Positions 17,002-25,254 of a DNA stretch of 32,182 bases are shown here, one piece after another (within the stretch, counting starts at the first letter, position 1; the number at the start of each line of letters is the position of its first letter). The stretch spans positions 1 to 32,182 of the IMG/VR virus record IMGVR_UViG_3300044788_000103. One strand, given 5' to 3'. The notes under the pieces were generated by a model, which was not told where the DNA came from, searched no databases, and saw nothing but the letters and a program-made list of their open reading frames with translations. The translations under genes were made by a program, and so were the position numbers. This DNA is from a virus. Taxonomy: Duplodnaviria > Caudoviricetes.

Positions 17002-19644
17002 ATGGCCACGATGCTCAAGCAATCGACACAGGTGCTCGCCCGCTTCGGTCCGTTCATCGACCGGACGGACGGATACACGGAGGAGACTGGGCTCGCCGGC
17101 GCCGGCACGGAGATCAGCAAGAACCACGGCGCGTTCGCGACCGGGCCGACGCTCGGCACGCACGACGCGGACGGATGGTATCCGATCACGCTGACGACGA
17201 CGCACACGGACACGCTAGGGCCGTTCCTGGTGAAGGGCCACGACAACACGACGCACCTGCCTGTGTGGCGCGAGTTCGTGGTCGTGCCGGCGAACGTCTA
17301 CGACTCGATCGTTGGCGGCTCGGACCTGCTCGACGTGAGCATGACGCAGATCCTCGGGACGGCGGTCGCCACTCCCGCGACGGCCGGCATCCTCGACGTG
17401 AACGTGAAGAACATCGACAACGACGCGGCGAGCGCGAGCGGCACGGTGACCTTCCCCAACGCGACGCTGGCTAGCACGACGAACATCACGGCCGCGGCCG
17501 GGTGCGCGGTGTCCAGCATCGGCGCGAACGTCATCACCGCGACGAGCATCGCGGGTGACGCCATCACGGCGGCCAAGATCGCCGATGGTGCGATCGACGC
17601 TGCGACATTCGCCGCAGGGGCGATCAACGCGGCAGCCATCGCCGCCAACGCGCTCGGGGCCTCGCAGCTTGCGGCGGATGGCGTGACCGAGATCCGCTCG
17701 CTGGCGTCTGGCACCTCTGACTCCGGCAGCACGACCACGATGGTCGACGCCGCGCGCACCGAGGCCGACACCGACTACTGGGTGGGCTCGCTGATCGTGT
17801 TCACTTCCGGCACGATCGCCGGGCAGGCGCGGCAGATCACAGGCTTCAACGCCGGCAGCGACACGATCACCTTCGCGCCCGCGACCACGCAGGCTGTCAG
17901 TACCCAGACCTACGAAATCTGGCCCTCGGGAGACTATCTGCGCTCGACCGTCGCCGGCCGCACGCTCGATGTCTCGTCCGGTGGCGAGGCCGGTCTGGAC
18001 TGGGCGAACATCGGCAGCCCGACCACGGCGCAGAACCTGAGCTCCACGAACATCGACGTGGATCAGGTGGTCGCCAGCGTGAGCGGTGCGGTCGGATCCG
18101 TCACCGGGGCCGTGGGCAGCGTGACCGGCAACGTCGGCGGGAACGTCACCGGCACGATCGGCGGGCTTACCGCCGCAGCACTCGCGGACTTCTTCGATAC
18201 AAACAGCGGCACGACCTATGCCGGAGCCGTCGCTGGCTCGGTGGTGAAGGAGATTGCGGACAACGCGGGCGGCGGCACGCCTCCCACCGCCGCAGAGATC
18301 GCCGACGCGGTCTGGGACGAGGATGCGACGGCGCACCAGACGACTGGCACCTTCGGCCAGGCCATCGGGGACCCCGTGGCCGACACGAACACGATCTACG
18401 GCGCGGTTGTCACCGGTGCGGCCGGCGCCACGATCGCCGCTGACGTGATCGCGGTGAAGGCCGAGACCGCATCGATCCAGTCGGACACCGACAACATCCA
18501 GACCCGCCTACCGGCCGCCCTGGTCTCGGGCCGCATGGACTCGTCGGTCGGGGCGATGGCAGCCGACACGATCACGGCCAGCGCGCTCGCGACCGGAGCG
18601 GTTGACGAGCTCGTGGACGCCGTGTGGGACGAGGACGTGGACGCTTCGCACCAGACCGCCGGCAGCGCTGGCAAGAAGCTGGACGACGCTGGTGGCGCGG
18701 CCGATCCGTGGGCCACAGCGCTTCCGGGCGCGTACGGCTCGGGCACGGCGGGCAAGATCGTGGGCGACAACTTGAACGCCACGGTGAGCAGCCGTGCCAC
18801 ACAGACGAGCGTCGATACCATCGACGACTTCCTGGACACCGAGGTCGCGGCGATTCAGGCCAAGACCAACAACCTGCCCGCGAGTCCCGCGGCGACCAGC
18901 GACATTCCGAGCGCCGCAACCATCGCCGACGCGGTGTGGGACGAAGCGCAGGCCGGGCACGTCGCCGGTGGCTCCTTCGGCGAGATCGCGACCGAGATCG
19001 CGGACATCCTCGTGGACACCGGCACAACGCTGCAGGGAGAGGTAGACGGGATCCAGGCCGACACGGAGGACATCCAATCCCGGCTGCCGGCAGCGCTCGT
19101 GAGCGGTCGCATCGACGCCAGCGTGGGAGCGATGGCCTCTGGCGTGGTGACGGCGGCCGCAATCGGCACCGATGCGATCGACGGCGACGCCATCGCGGCC
19201 AGCGCGGTGACCGAGATCCAGTCCGGGCTTGCGACGGCCGCGGCTCTCGACACCGTGGACAACTTCCTCGACACGGAGATCGCCGACATTCAGGCGAGGC
19301 TCCCCGCGGCATTGACGGCCGGCGGAAACATGAAGTCGGACGCGCTCGCGATCGACGGCAGCACGACGGCGGCGGACAGGATCCAGCGCTCGGCGGAGAC
19401 GATCGTGCTGTGCACTGTCGGCTCGGGCTCGACAACCACGAGCATCGTGACCTCGGCGATGGACCCCGCGGCCGTCGTGACCGACGGATTCAAGGGACGA
19501 ATCGCGATCTTCGACAAGGCCACGACCACGGCGAACCTGCGCGGTCAGGCGACCGACATCACGGCATCGACCTCCGGTGGAGTCCTCACGGTCACGGCGC
19601 TGACGACCGCGCCTGTGAGCGGGGATTCCTTCACGATCACCTGA
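17002..19644 (+). CDS. Repetitive tail fibre-like protein
   Basis: 880 aa Ala/Thr/Asp-rich with 3x DAVWDE, 3x IQxRLPAAL, 2x DxFLDTE, ITAAKIA-type and VGSVTG repeats. Confidence 0.75.
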   Translation: MATMLKQSTQVLARFGPFIDRTDGYTEETGLAGAGTEISKNHGAFATGPTLGTHDADGWYPITLTTTHTDTLGPFLVKGHDNTTHLPVWREFVVVPANVYDSIVGGSDLLDVSMTQILGTAVATPATAGILDVNVKNIDNDAASASGTVTFPNATLASTTNITAAAGCAVSSIGANVITATSIAGDAITAAKIADGAIDAATFAAGAINAAAIAANALGASQLAADGVTEIRSLASGTSDSGSTTTMVDAARTEADTDYWVGSLIVFTSGTIAGQARQITGFNAGSDTITFAPATTQAVSTQTYEIWPSGDYLRSTVAGRTLDVSSGGEAGLDWANIGSPTTAQNLSSTNIDVDQVVASVSGAVGSVTGAVGSVTGNVGGNVTGTIGGLTAAALADFFDTNSGTTYAGAVAGSVVKEIADNAGGGTPPTAAEIADAVWDEDATAHQTTGTFGQAIGDPVADTNTIYGAVVTGAAGATIAADVIAVKAETASIQSDTDNIQTRLPAALVSGRMDSSVGAMAADTITASALATGAVDELVDAVWDEDVDASHQTAGSAGKKLDDAGGAADPWATALPGAYGSGTAGKIVGDNLNATVSSRATQTSVDTIDDFLDTEVAAIQAKTNNLPASPAATSDIPSAATIADAVWDEAQAGHVAGGSFGEIATEIADILVDTGTTLQGEVDGIQADTEDIQSRLPAALVSGRIDASVGAMASGVVTAAAIGTDAIDGDAIAASAVTEIQSGLATAAALDTVDNFLDTEIADIQARLPAALTAGGNMKSDALAIDGSTTAADRIQRSAETIVLCTVGSGSTTTSIVTSAMDPAAVVTDGFKGRIAIFDKATTTANLRGQATDITASTSGGVLTVTALTTAPVSGDSFTIT

Positions 19645-19648
19645 TGAG

Positions 19649-19912
19649 ATGCGCACCCAACTCCAACCGACCGCACTCCCCGGACGTCGCTACGGCCCGT
19701 TCCGGTCGACCGCGGTCGATTCCGAGCGCGCACTGCTCACACGGCTCACGCCTGGAGCATGGCCAGGTCGCCGCTGTGGATCGTTTGCTGGGCGGGCACA
19801 AGACCCGGACATCGTGCCAGCCCAAGTCCAGACTGGGTCGAGCTACGCGCACGTCGGAGCGGCGCGTCGGCGCGGTGTGCGCAAGGAGCGCGTTCGGCTG
19901 GTGCGTCCGTAG
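19649..19912 (+). CDS. Hypothetical protein with two TxLxP..PGR.xGxF motifs
   Basis: 87 aa, exactly fills the gap between neighbours and shares a motif with the next gene. Confidence 0.55.
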   Translation: MRTQLQPTALPGRRYGPFRSTAVDSERALLTRLTPGAWPGRRCGSFAGRAQDPDIVPAQVQTGSSYAHVGAARRRGVRKERVRLVRP

Positions 19913-19915
19913 AAC

Positions 19916-20218
19916 ATGGCAACCACCCAACTCAGACCGGGCGGGCTCCCTGGCAAGACCTACGGCTCGTTCGCTGATCGCGCGCCGGAGAGCTTCCCGG
20001 CGCAGTACGACGGGCTGCGCGCGTACTTCTGGGGCGACGTTCAGGATCTCTGCCTGGTCGCCGAGGCCGACGCTCCTGCGGGCATGGGAGGCGCGCTGCT
20101 CATCCGCAAGGACGGTGTCGAGTACAGCGCCTACCTCGTCGAGACGGCCGATCCGAACGCGAGCCCAATCCGCACCCAGACCTCAACCGGCACGAAGGCG
20201 ATCCGCCTGAAGACCTGA
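19916..20218 (+). CDS. Hypothetical virion-associated protein
   Basis: 100 aa, GC3-rich codons, packed in the operon. Confidence 0.7.
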   Translation: MATTQLRPGGLPGKTYGSFADRAPESFPAQYDGLRAYFWGDVQDLCLVAEADAPAGMGGALLIRKDGVEYSAYLVETADPNASPIRTQTSTGTKAIRLKT

Positions 20219-20222
20219 ACCC

Positions 20223-20603
20223 ATGAGCACCAGCCTGATCACACCCATCACCGGCGCCACCAGCGGGTACGACGCGCTGATCACCAGGGCGAATGAGATC
20301 GCAGCCCAGCGCCACACGTGGGACTACACCCTCGTCACCGCGGCGATGAGCCCCTACACCATCCTGCCGGAGGACCAGGAGATCGTGGTCGACGGGCCGA
20401 GCGCAGACGTCGCGCTGGTCGCGCCCCCGGTCGCCTCGAGCGAGGGGCGCCGGATCCGGGTCTCGGCGCACGGGCTCAGCGGGCACACGCTGACGACCAC
20501 CGCGGAGGATGCCAGCAACATCAACGGCAGCGCGTCGCTGAACCACTCGCAGTACACCTCACGGGAGCTGGCCTGCCTCAACGGGAAGTGGCTGGCCTAC
20601 TAG
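20223..20603 (+). CDS. Putative fibre-tip-like virion protein
   Basis: 126 aa; SPYTILPEDQEIVVD...VAPPVASSEGRRIRV...NINGSAS...QYTSRELACLNGKW resembles C-terminal beta modules of phage fibres. Confidence 0.65.
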   Translation: MSTSLITPITGATSGYDALITRANEIAAQRHTWDYTLVTAAMSPYTILPEDQEIVVDGPSADVALVAPPVASSEGRRIRVSAHGLSGHTLTTTAEDASNINGSASLNHSQYTSRELACLNGKWLAY

Positions 20604-20617
20604 GGCAGCACCGAATC

Positions 20618-20632
20618 TCGCGTAGTACGCGA
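20618..20632. promoter_or_regulatory. Palindromic CGTA-G-TACG box, copy 3 (perfect)
   Basis: TCGCGTA-G-TACGCGA perfect 7+1+7 dyad, intergenic, upstream of the membrane-protein cluster. Confidence 0.6.
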
Positions 20633-20703
20633 AGAGACTTGACCCCGGCTCGTCGGGCATCCTGCGCGCCTGCCCGCTCGAAGGTCACCGGAGAGCCCGT
20701 TCT

Positions 20704-21003
20704 ATGGTCAACGACTTGCTGTACTGGCTGTGCCTCATCTGCGCGGGCCTCGCCGTGGGCATGTCGCTCGTGCTGATCTTCCACACGTCGGTGACCGGCA
20801 GGCAGACCTATCGCATCCCGAAGCACATCGTCCCGCTGGCGATCAGCTACACGTTTCTTGCAGCGCTCATTGGCGTGCGCGTATACCTCCGGTCGATCAC
20901 CGATCCACTACTGATCGCGGCCGCAGCCGTTGCCCTGGGGATCGGGATCTGGGGTTTGTGGATCGCGATCGAGTCCCGTTCCAAGGCGAAGAGCGACTCC
21001 TGA
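20704..21003 (+). CDS. Three-TM membrane protein, holin candidate
   Basis: 99 aa with three hydrophobic segments and a charged C-terminal tail (ESRSKAKSDS). Confidence 0.6.
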   Translation: MVNDLLYWLCLICAGLAVGMSLVLIFHTSVTGRQTYRIPKHIVPLAISYTFLAALIGVRVYLRSITDPLLIAAAAVALGIGIWGLWIAIESRSKAKSDS

Positions 21004-21004
21004 C

Positions 21005-21226
21005 GTGCCGGGCGAATCCGTTACCTGGCTGCAGATGGCGGGCTCGACGCTCGGGATCGTCTCGGTGGTCGTCGGTGCCGGAGTGGCCTACCTGCGGCTG
21101 TTCGTGCGGAACGAGATCAACGGCGCGGTGAAGGATCTGGTGGCGGGGATCGACGACACCTTCGCGCGCAAGACGGAGCTCGAGGAGATCCGCCGCCGTC
21201 TCGATCGGCTGGAGGACAAGTCTTGA
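21005..21226 (+). CDS. Single-TM coiled-coil protein (holin/antiholin-like)
   Basis: GTG 1 nt after upstream stop; TM LGIVSVVVGAGVAYL then ELEEIRRRLDRLE. Confidence 0.6.
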   Translation: MPGESVTWLQMAGSTLGIVSVVVGAGVAYLRLFVRNEINGAVKDLVAGIDDTFARKTELEEIRRRLDRLEDKS

Positions 21227-21417
21227 GGCTCCCCTGCTTCCTCCGCCGACGCACGCGCGCCAAGGTCATCGTCTTTGAGGGCGCCGGTGGCTGGTACTTC
21301 CACGCGCGCGCCCCCAACGGCGAGATCATCATCCAGTCGGAGGCCTACACGCGGCGCGAGGATGCGGAGTGCGCCGCTCGCGCTCTGTGCACCGCGAAGC
21401 TGGAGCTGGCAAAGTGA
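21223..21417 (+). CDS. DUF1508/YegP-family protein
   Basis: GGWYFHARAPNGEIIIQSEAYTRREDA matches the family signature W.F...A.NGEII..SE.Y. Confidence 0.8.
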   Translation: MRLPCFLRRRTRAKVIVFEGAGGWYFHARAPNGEIIIQSEAYTRREDAECAARALCTAKLELAK

Positions 21418-22016
21418 GGCGACTCGCGCTCGCGCTGCTCCTCGTCTTCGGCACGAGCTCCTGCATCTCGGAGCAGCAGTGGCACCGCTTCCGCTCGCAC
21501 GGGACGGCCACGATGTTCTCGACGGTGATGGGCGGGGTCGCGGTCGCGATCGGCGGGTCCATCGGTCTCGTCGTCGCTGGCGCCGCGGTAGTCGGCGGCA
21601 TCGTGATCGACCAGACGCTCGAGCCCGAGCCCGAGGTCCGCGTGCGAACCGTCACGACGATCATCGAGTGGCCGCCACTGCTGCCGGACGGGGCACAGCC
21701 GCCCCCGCTGGTCAAGAGCTACGTCGACAAGAACCCGAGCGAGGCGCCGTCCGGCGGCTACCGACTGCCGAACCTGCCGAACATGCCGGCTCCCGGGTAC
21801 TGGGAGCGCGTGCTTTCGGCCCTGAAGTTCCTCGGGGCGCTGCTGCTGGTCGTGCCGCTGGCGCTCTGGCTGCTGCGGCACCCGATGGTGCGCGCCGCGG
21901 TCTGGGGTGCCGTCTGCTGGGTCGCGTCGTTCATCTGGCACACCGGCGCGAAGGGCGTCGCGGCGCTCAAGGCGGTGCGACAGAAGAAGCCGACCGATCC
22001 ACCCGAGGAAACATGA
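21414..22016 (+). CDS. Putative lipoprotein with Gly-rich hydrophobic segment and C-terminal TM (spanin candidate)
   Basis: GTGA overlap; RRLALALLLVFGTSS-C signal, Gly-zipper-like segment, Pro-rich linker, C-terminal hydrophobic helices. Confidence 0.6.
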   Translation: MRRLALALLLVFGTSSCISEQQWHRFRSHGTATMFSTVMGGVAVAIGGSIGLVVAGAAVVGGIVIDQTLEPEPEVRVRTVTTIIEWPPLLPDGAQPPPLVKSYVDKNPSEAPSGGYRLPNLPNMPAPGYWERVLSALKFLGALLLVVPLALWLLRHPMVRAAVWGAVCWVASFIWHTGAKGVAALKAVRQKKPTDPPEET

Positions 22017-22555
22017 AGTACCTGCTCGCGCTCGCGCTGCTCCTGCTCGCCTCCTGCCGCGGCCACGGCCTCGCGCCCGACCATTTCCACGCCTTCGTCG
22101 GCACCGGTGACACCGACAGCTCGGGGTACACGGGGCTGCGCCCGAACAGCTCGTCTTCGGAGACGACGACGTTCACCCTCGGCTGGACCTGGGATCTCAA
22201 CCGCAAGGCCGACGAGGATCACCAGCGCCGCGAGGAGATCTACCTCGCGAGCATCGCGGCGCGGCCGGAGCCGCCGAGCGCAGAGGTCAGCTCGTCGGCA
22301 CAACCTGAGACGAAAGCCGCGGAACCTGAAACGAAGACGGCACAACCTGAGACAGAGGCCAAGGAACCTGAGACGAAGGCCGCGCAGGAACAGCCGAAGG
22401 AGAAGATCCTCGGGATGCCGCCGTGGGTCGCGAAGCTCACGCTTTGGTGCACCGTGGCCGGCGCGGTCATGGGCGTGCTCGCGAAGATGGGCAAGCTGCC
22501 CTGGCTCCGAGACAGCTCGTCGACACCGGACGACGTCGGCGAGCACGAGGTCTAG
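22013..22555 (+). CDS. Lipoprotein with C-terminal TM (unimolecular-spanin-like architecture)
   Basis: ATGA overlap; MKYLLALALLLLAS-C lipobox, PET repeats, C-terminal TM LTLWCTVAGAVMGVLA. Confidence 0.65.
   Translation: MKYLLALALLLLASCRGHGLAPDHFHAFVGTGDTDSSGYTGLRPNSSSSETTTFTLGWTWDLNRKADEDHQRREEIYLASIAARPEPPSAEVSSSAQPETKAAEPETKTAQPETEAKEPETKAAQEQPKEKILGMPPWVAKLTLWCTVAGAVMGVLAKMGKLPWLRDSSSTPDDVGEHEV
22298..22381 (+). repeat. 21-bp tandem repeat x4 (7-aa unit)
   Basis: Encodes AQPETKA-AEPETKT-AQPETEA-KEPETKA; core AACCTGA in every unit. Confidence 0.85.
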
Positions 22556-22655
22556 CGGCGCTTCCGCTCGTCGGCCTGCTCGCGCTGCTGTTCAGTGCGA
22601 ACGTCTACGCCACCGTGGAGCTCATCCCCGATCGTGTCGCCAGTCCGCCGAGCGC

Positions 22656-22877
22656 TCAGCTCGGGGTCGGCTTCCCCTTCGGCTGGGGCGTCGGCACGAT
22701 TCGCAGCACTTGCACTCCGTCCTGCTCGACGAGCTCGGGCCTGATGACGAAGCGGGTGGACTTCGGTCCGTCCTCGGTCGGCGGGGACGCTCTGAAGCTG
22801 CCCATGATCGCGGCCAGCTCGCCGGGCGAGAGCTCGAATGCGCAGCCGCAGTTCGGGCAGTGGGCTTCGGGGCTCAT
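22656..22877 (-). CDS. Hypothetical protein (CxxC)
   Basis: MSPEAHCPNCGCAF..., ATGA-coupled to upstream gene. Confidence 0.55.
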   Translation of the reverse strand: MSPEAHCPNCGCAFELSPGELAAIMGSFRASPPTEDGPKSTRFVIRPELVEQDGVQVLRIVPTPQPKGKPTPS

Positions 22878-23209
22878 GCTGGAACGGCCGCCTTCTCGAT
22901 GCTCCACGCTCCCGGCGGAGCCTTGTTGCACGCCAGGAACCCGAGGACGTTCTCCATCGGGATCATCGCGAGCATGTCGCAGCTCGCATGCGCCTGGTCC
23001 GCTGGGTCATTGACGGGCGCCGAGTAGGCGACAGCGAACAAGGCGCGATTGACCGGGCCTCGGCTCTCCAGCACGGAGAATCCGAGGCCCTGCTCGTTGC
23101 GGAACGCCCAGTGCGCGCACCAGAGCTGGTCGGTCGCGTCTGCGCCCAGGCGGACCGGGGTGCGCAGGGTGAGCACGCCGCGGTCGAAGTCGGTGAAGGG
23201 TTCAGACAC
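22874..23209 (-). CDS. Hypothetical protein
   Basis: 111 aa, GGAGG RBS, overlaps neighbours in a coupled chain. Confidence 0.6.
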   Translation of the reverse strand: MSEPFTDFDRGVLTLRTPVRLGADATDQLWCAHWAFRNEQGLGFSVLESRGPVNRALFAVAYSAPVNDPADQAHASCDMLAMIPMENVLGFLACNKAPPGAWSIEKAAVPA

Positions 23210-23636
23210 CCTCCAGCCACCTCCACAGCCGCACGTACCAGGGCTCGATGAAGTGGAACGTCATGCCCCGGACTGTCACCCGCAACTCCTGTGCAGCGTC
23301 GAAGAGTGGCTCACGGCGCTTCAGCGTGAAGTGCGGCGACCCGTCGCCCCAGGGCTCGAACGTGATTCGATCATTCGCGCCCTCGCCGCAGTCGTGGAGC
23401 AATCCGAACCCGCCGGTGAACTTGTCGCCTCCACGGATGCGCACGGTGCGCCGACCGCGCGCCGCGAACAGACCCTGCTTCGCGGCGCCGATGGAAGGGA
23501 ACGGGAACCGTTGCGAGCCGTCGGGGATCTCGGCTCCAAGGGTGTTGCTGACGTAGAACGTCTTCCGGATCTGCTCTGGCCGGGTCACTTCTACCTTCGG
23601 TTGCGGGGTGGGCTTCTTCTTCGTCATCGTCTTCAT
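23202..23636 (-). CDS. Hypothetical protein with DUF1565-like motif
   Basis: TFYVSNTLGAEIPDGSQRFPFPSIGAA...TVRIRGG resembles the N-terminal cap of beta-helix proteins. Confidence 0.55.
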   Translation of the reverse strand: MKTMTKKKPTPQPKVEVTRPEQIRKTFYVSNTLGAEIPDGSQRFPFPSIGAAKQGLFAARGRRTVRIRGGDKFTGGFGLLHDCGEGANDRITFEPWGDGSPHFTLKRREPLFDAAQELRVTVRGMTFHFIEPWYVRLWRWLEGV

Positions 23637-23637
23637 T

Positions 23638-23991
23638 TCAACTCCCGACGGTCTGGCCGTCGTCGCTCCAAGTGAACTCTGCGACCGGGTAATGTCGGTG
23701 GCAGTGGACGCACATCGTCTCGTTGTAGAACTTCGGCTCCCTGGCATAGGTCTCGGACAGCGTGCGCCCCATGCGCGTCTCGCGGCCGCACTTCGCGTGC
23801 ACGTACTTGCAACGCACGGGTCGCACGAATCCTCTGGCGCGTTCTTCTTCGCTGAGGATCCAGTACGCCCCGTGCTGGCCCGTCGCCGGGTCGATCGGCT
23901 TCGGCGCGGGTGAGTCGTAGCCTTCGTGCCCGGGTGCGGGCGGCTGTCCGTCGGTTGTCGCGTAGCGCGCGGGATCGCGTTGCTCAGCCAC
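23638..23991 (-). CDS. Phage hypothetical protein, probable Zn-binding
   Basis: GQHGAYWILSEEERARGFVRPVR...HAKCG...ETYAREPKFY...CVHC; GTG start with AGGA upstream. Confidence 0.7.
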   Translation of the reverse strand: MAEQRDPARYATTDGQPPAPGHEGYDSPAPKPIDPATGQHGAYWILSEEERARGFVRPVRCKYVHAKCGRETRMGRTLSETYAREPKFYNETMCVHCHRHYPVAEFTWSDDGQTVGS

Positions 23992-24250
23992 CGGGATTAT
24001 CCTGTGTCGCCGCAAGGTAATGTGCCTCGGTCTGAGTGATGATGCGCAGGTCGAGCCCCTCGGCATGGTCGTGGGCGAGGATCACGCCGACGCCCTTCCA
24101 GGCGCGCTCGAACTCCGCGATGTCGGCGGAGGTGATGAGCACACGGCTCGGCAGCACGTCCCGGTATTTGTGCAGGACGATGCCCATCAGCGTGTGCCAC
24201 TGGTCGTGCATCGCCTTCGTTGTCGGGTGCTCGGGGTTGATCTCGTTCAT
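23984..24250 (-). CDS. Hypothetical protein
   Basis: MNEINPEHPTTKAMHDQWH..., ATGA-coupled, GGAGG RBS. Confidence 0.65.
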   Translation of the reverse strand: MNEINPEHPTTKAMHDQWHTLMGIVLHKYRDVLPSRVLITSADIAEFERAWKGVGVILAHDHAEGLDLRIITQTEAHYLAATQDNPGG

Positions 24251-24582
24251 GCTGACCGCCTCCGCGCGAACACCTCGCGCACCCGCTGCATCGAAGCGCG
24301 CACCTTCGCCTTGAACGCCGCGAAGCCCACGTGGTGCAACACATCGAGCGCCTCTACGCGCGGATCCCAGGAGCAGCCGTCGTAGTTCAGGTTGCTCGCT
24401 TCCTGCGACATCGCTTCGCATACCAAATGCGCCTTCCAGCGCATGAATTCGTGCCCGTCCTTCGAGACGCTCTCGCGGTACTCCTGGCCCTTCATGATCG
24501 GGCGTTTGCAGAAGTTGCACTTGATCCGGTGGTCGCGCCTGGCCTTAAGCAGCGCGTCTCCGAGCATCTGGCCGTGACACAT
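24247..24582 (-). CDS. Zn-finger-like phage hypothetical protein
   Basis: KARRDHRIKCNFCKRPIMKGQEY...KAHLVC (CxxC...HxxC). Confidence 0.7.
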   Translation of the reverse strand: MCHGQMLGDALLKARRDHRIKCNFCKRPIMKGQEYRESVSKDGHEFMRWKAHLVCEAMSQEASNLNYDGCSWDPRVEALDVLHHVGFAAFKAKVRASMQRVREVFARRRSA

Positions 24583-24740
24583 CAGGGCTTCTCCTTGACC
24601 GCCTTCGAGAGCAGCCCCAGGAACGCCAGCCCGTAGATCACCAGCCCCACCCACAGCACCCACCGCTCGGGCCAGAGCTGGTAGGCGAAGAAGAGCAGGA
24701 TGGGGACGGTCAGTGAGTCATCGGTGGTCTTGAGCTTCAT
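24582..24740 (-). CDS. Small membrane protein (52 aa, below ORF-track cutoff)
   Basis: Translated by hand: MKLKTTDDSLTVPILLFFAYQLWPERWVLWVGLVIYGLAFLGLLSKAVKEKP*; ATGA overlap upstream, TGATG overlap downstream. Confidence 0.65.
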   Translation of the reverse strand: MKLKTTDDSLTVPILLFFAYQLWPERWVLWVGLVIYGLAFLGLLSKAVKEKP

Positions 24741-25078
24741 GTGGGGTCCTTTCGGGACTTGAGAATGGCGCGAACTGCATCTTCGTACCGTGTTGTAGAG
24801 CCTGGATCATTCCATCTGAACGCCACTATCTCATCGCACATCACGCGCTCCTCCACCGTGATCTCCCGCCGCCCGCACCGATGCGGCCCAGCCTCGCACG
24901 CTGCGCAGGATTGCGTCTGGCCGTCGGGGCTGTCGAAGGAGTCGGCGCGCGCGGTGCGTGCTCTACGATTCTCCTTGTCGCGCGCGGCAAAGGCGGCGGC
25001 TTCGCGCCTCAGTTCTGGCGGGATCGCCTGCGCCTTTCGGATCACTCTCGACTTGCTGGGCTTCACGGGCTTCTTCAC
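24737..25078 (-). CDS. Hypothetical basic protein
   Basis: 113 aa, GTGA-coupled, GAGG RBS. Confidence 0.55.
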   Translation of the reverse strand: MKKPVKPSKSRVIRKAQAIPPELRREAAAFAARDKENRRARTARADSFDSPDGQTQSCAACEAGPHRCGRREITVEERVMCDEIVAFRWNDPGSTTRYEDAVRAILKSRKDPT

Positions 25079-25254
25079 TTCTTGCTCCTCTGCTTGGCGG
25101 ATTGCATTCTGGCGACTGCCCTCCCGAGGGCATTCACTTTATCTGCGCCCCACGGGTAGCCGGGCGCCCCGTAGTTTCTGACTGCCTTGAGCACCGCGCG
25201 CTCGGCTCTGGCGATGCGGTCGCTGCGCTTCCTGACGGTCTTCCGCTTGGTCAT
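25075..25254 (-). CDS. Small basic hypothetical protein
   Basis: MTKRKTVRKRSDRIARAERAVLKAV..., GGAG RBS, stop overlaps next start. Confidence 0.5.
   Translation of the reverse strand: MTKRKTVRKRSDRIARAERAVLKAVRNYGAPGYPWGADKVNALGRAVARMQSAKQRSKK

Noticed and set aside
356-19656. Long antisense and off-frame ORFs in the track (e.g. 1005-2684, 7188-9311, 12007-13866, 18624-20210)
   Set aside because: Shadow ORFs expected in high-GC coding DNA; low-complexity Arg/Gly/Ala translations overlapping well-supported genes.
22555-22656. Attachment site or integrase at the strand switch
   Set aside because: No integrase gene or att-like repeat is visible; free phage versus prophage cannot be decided from this window.
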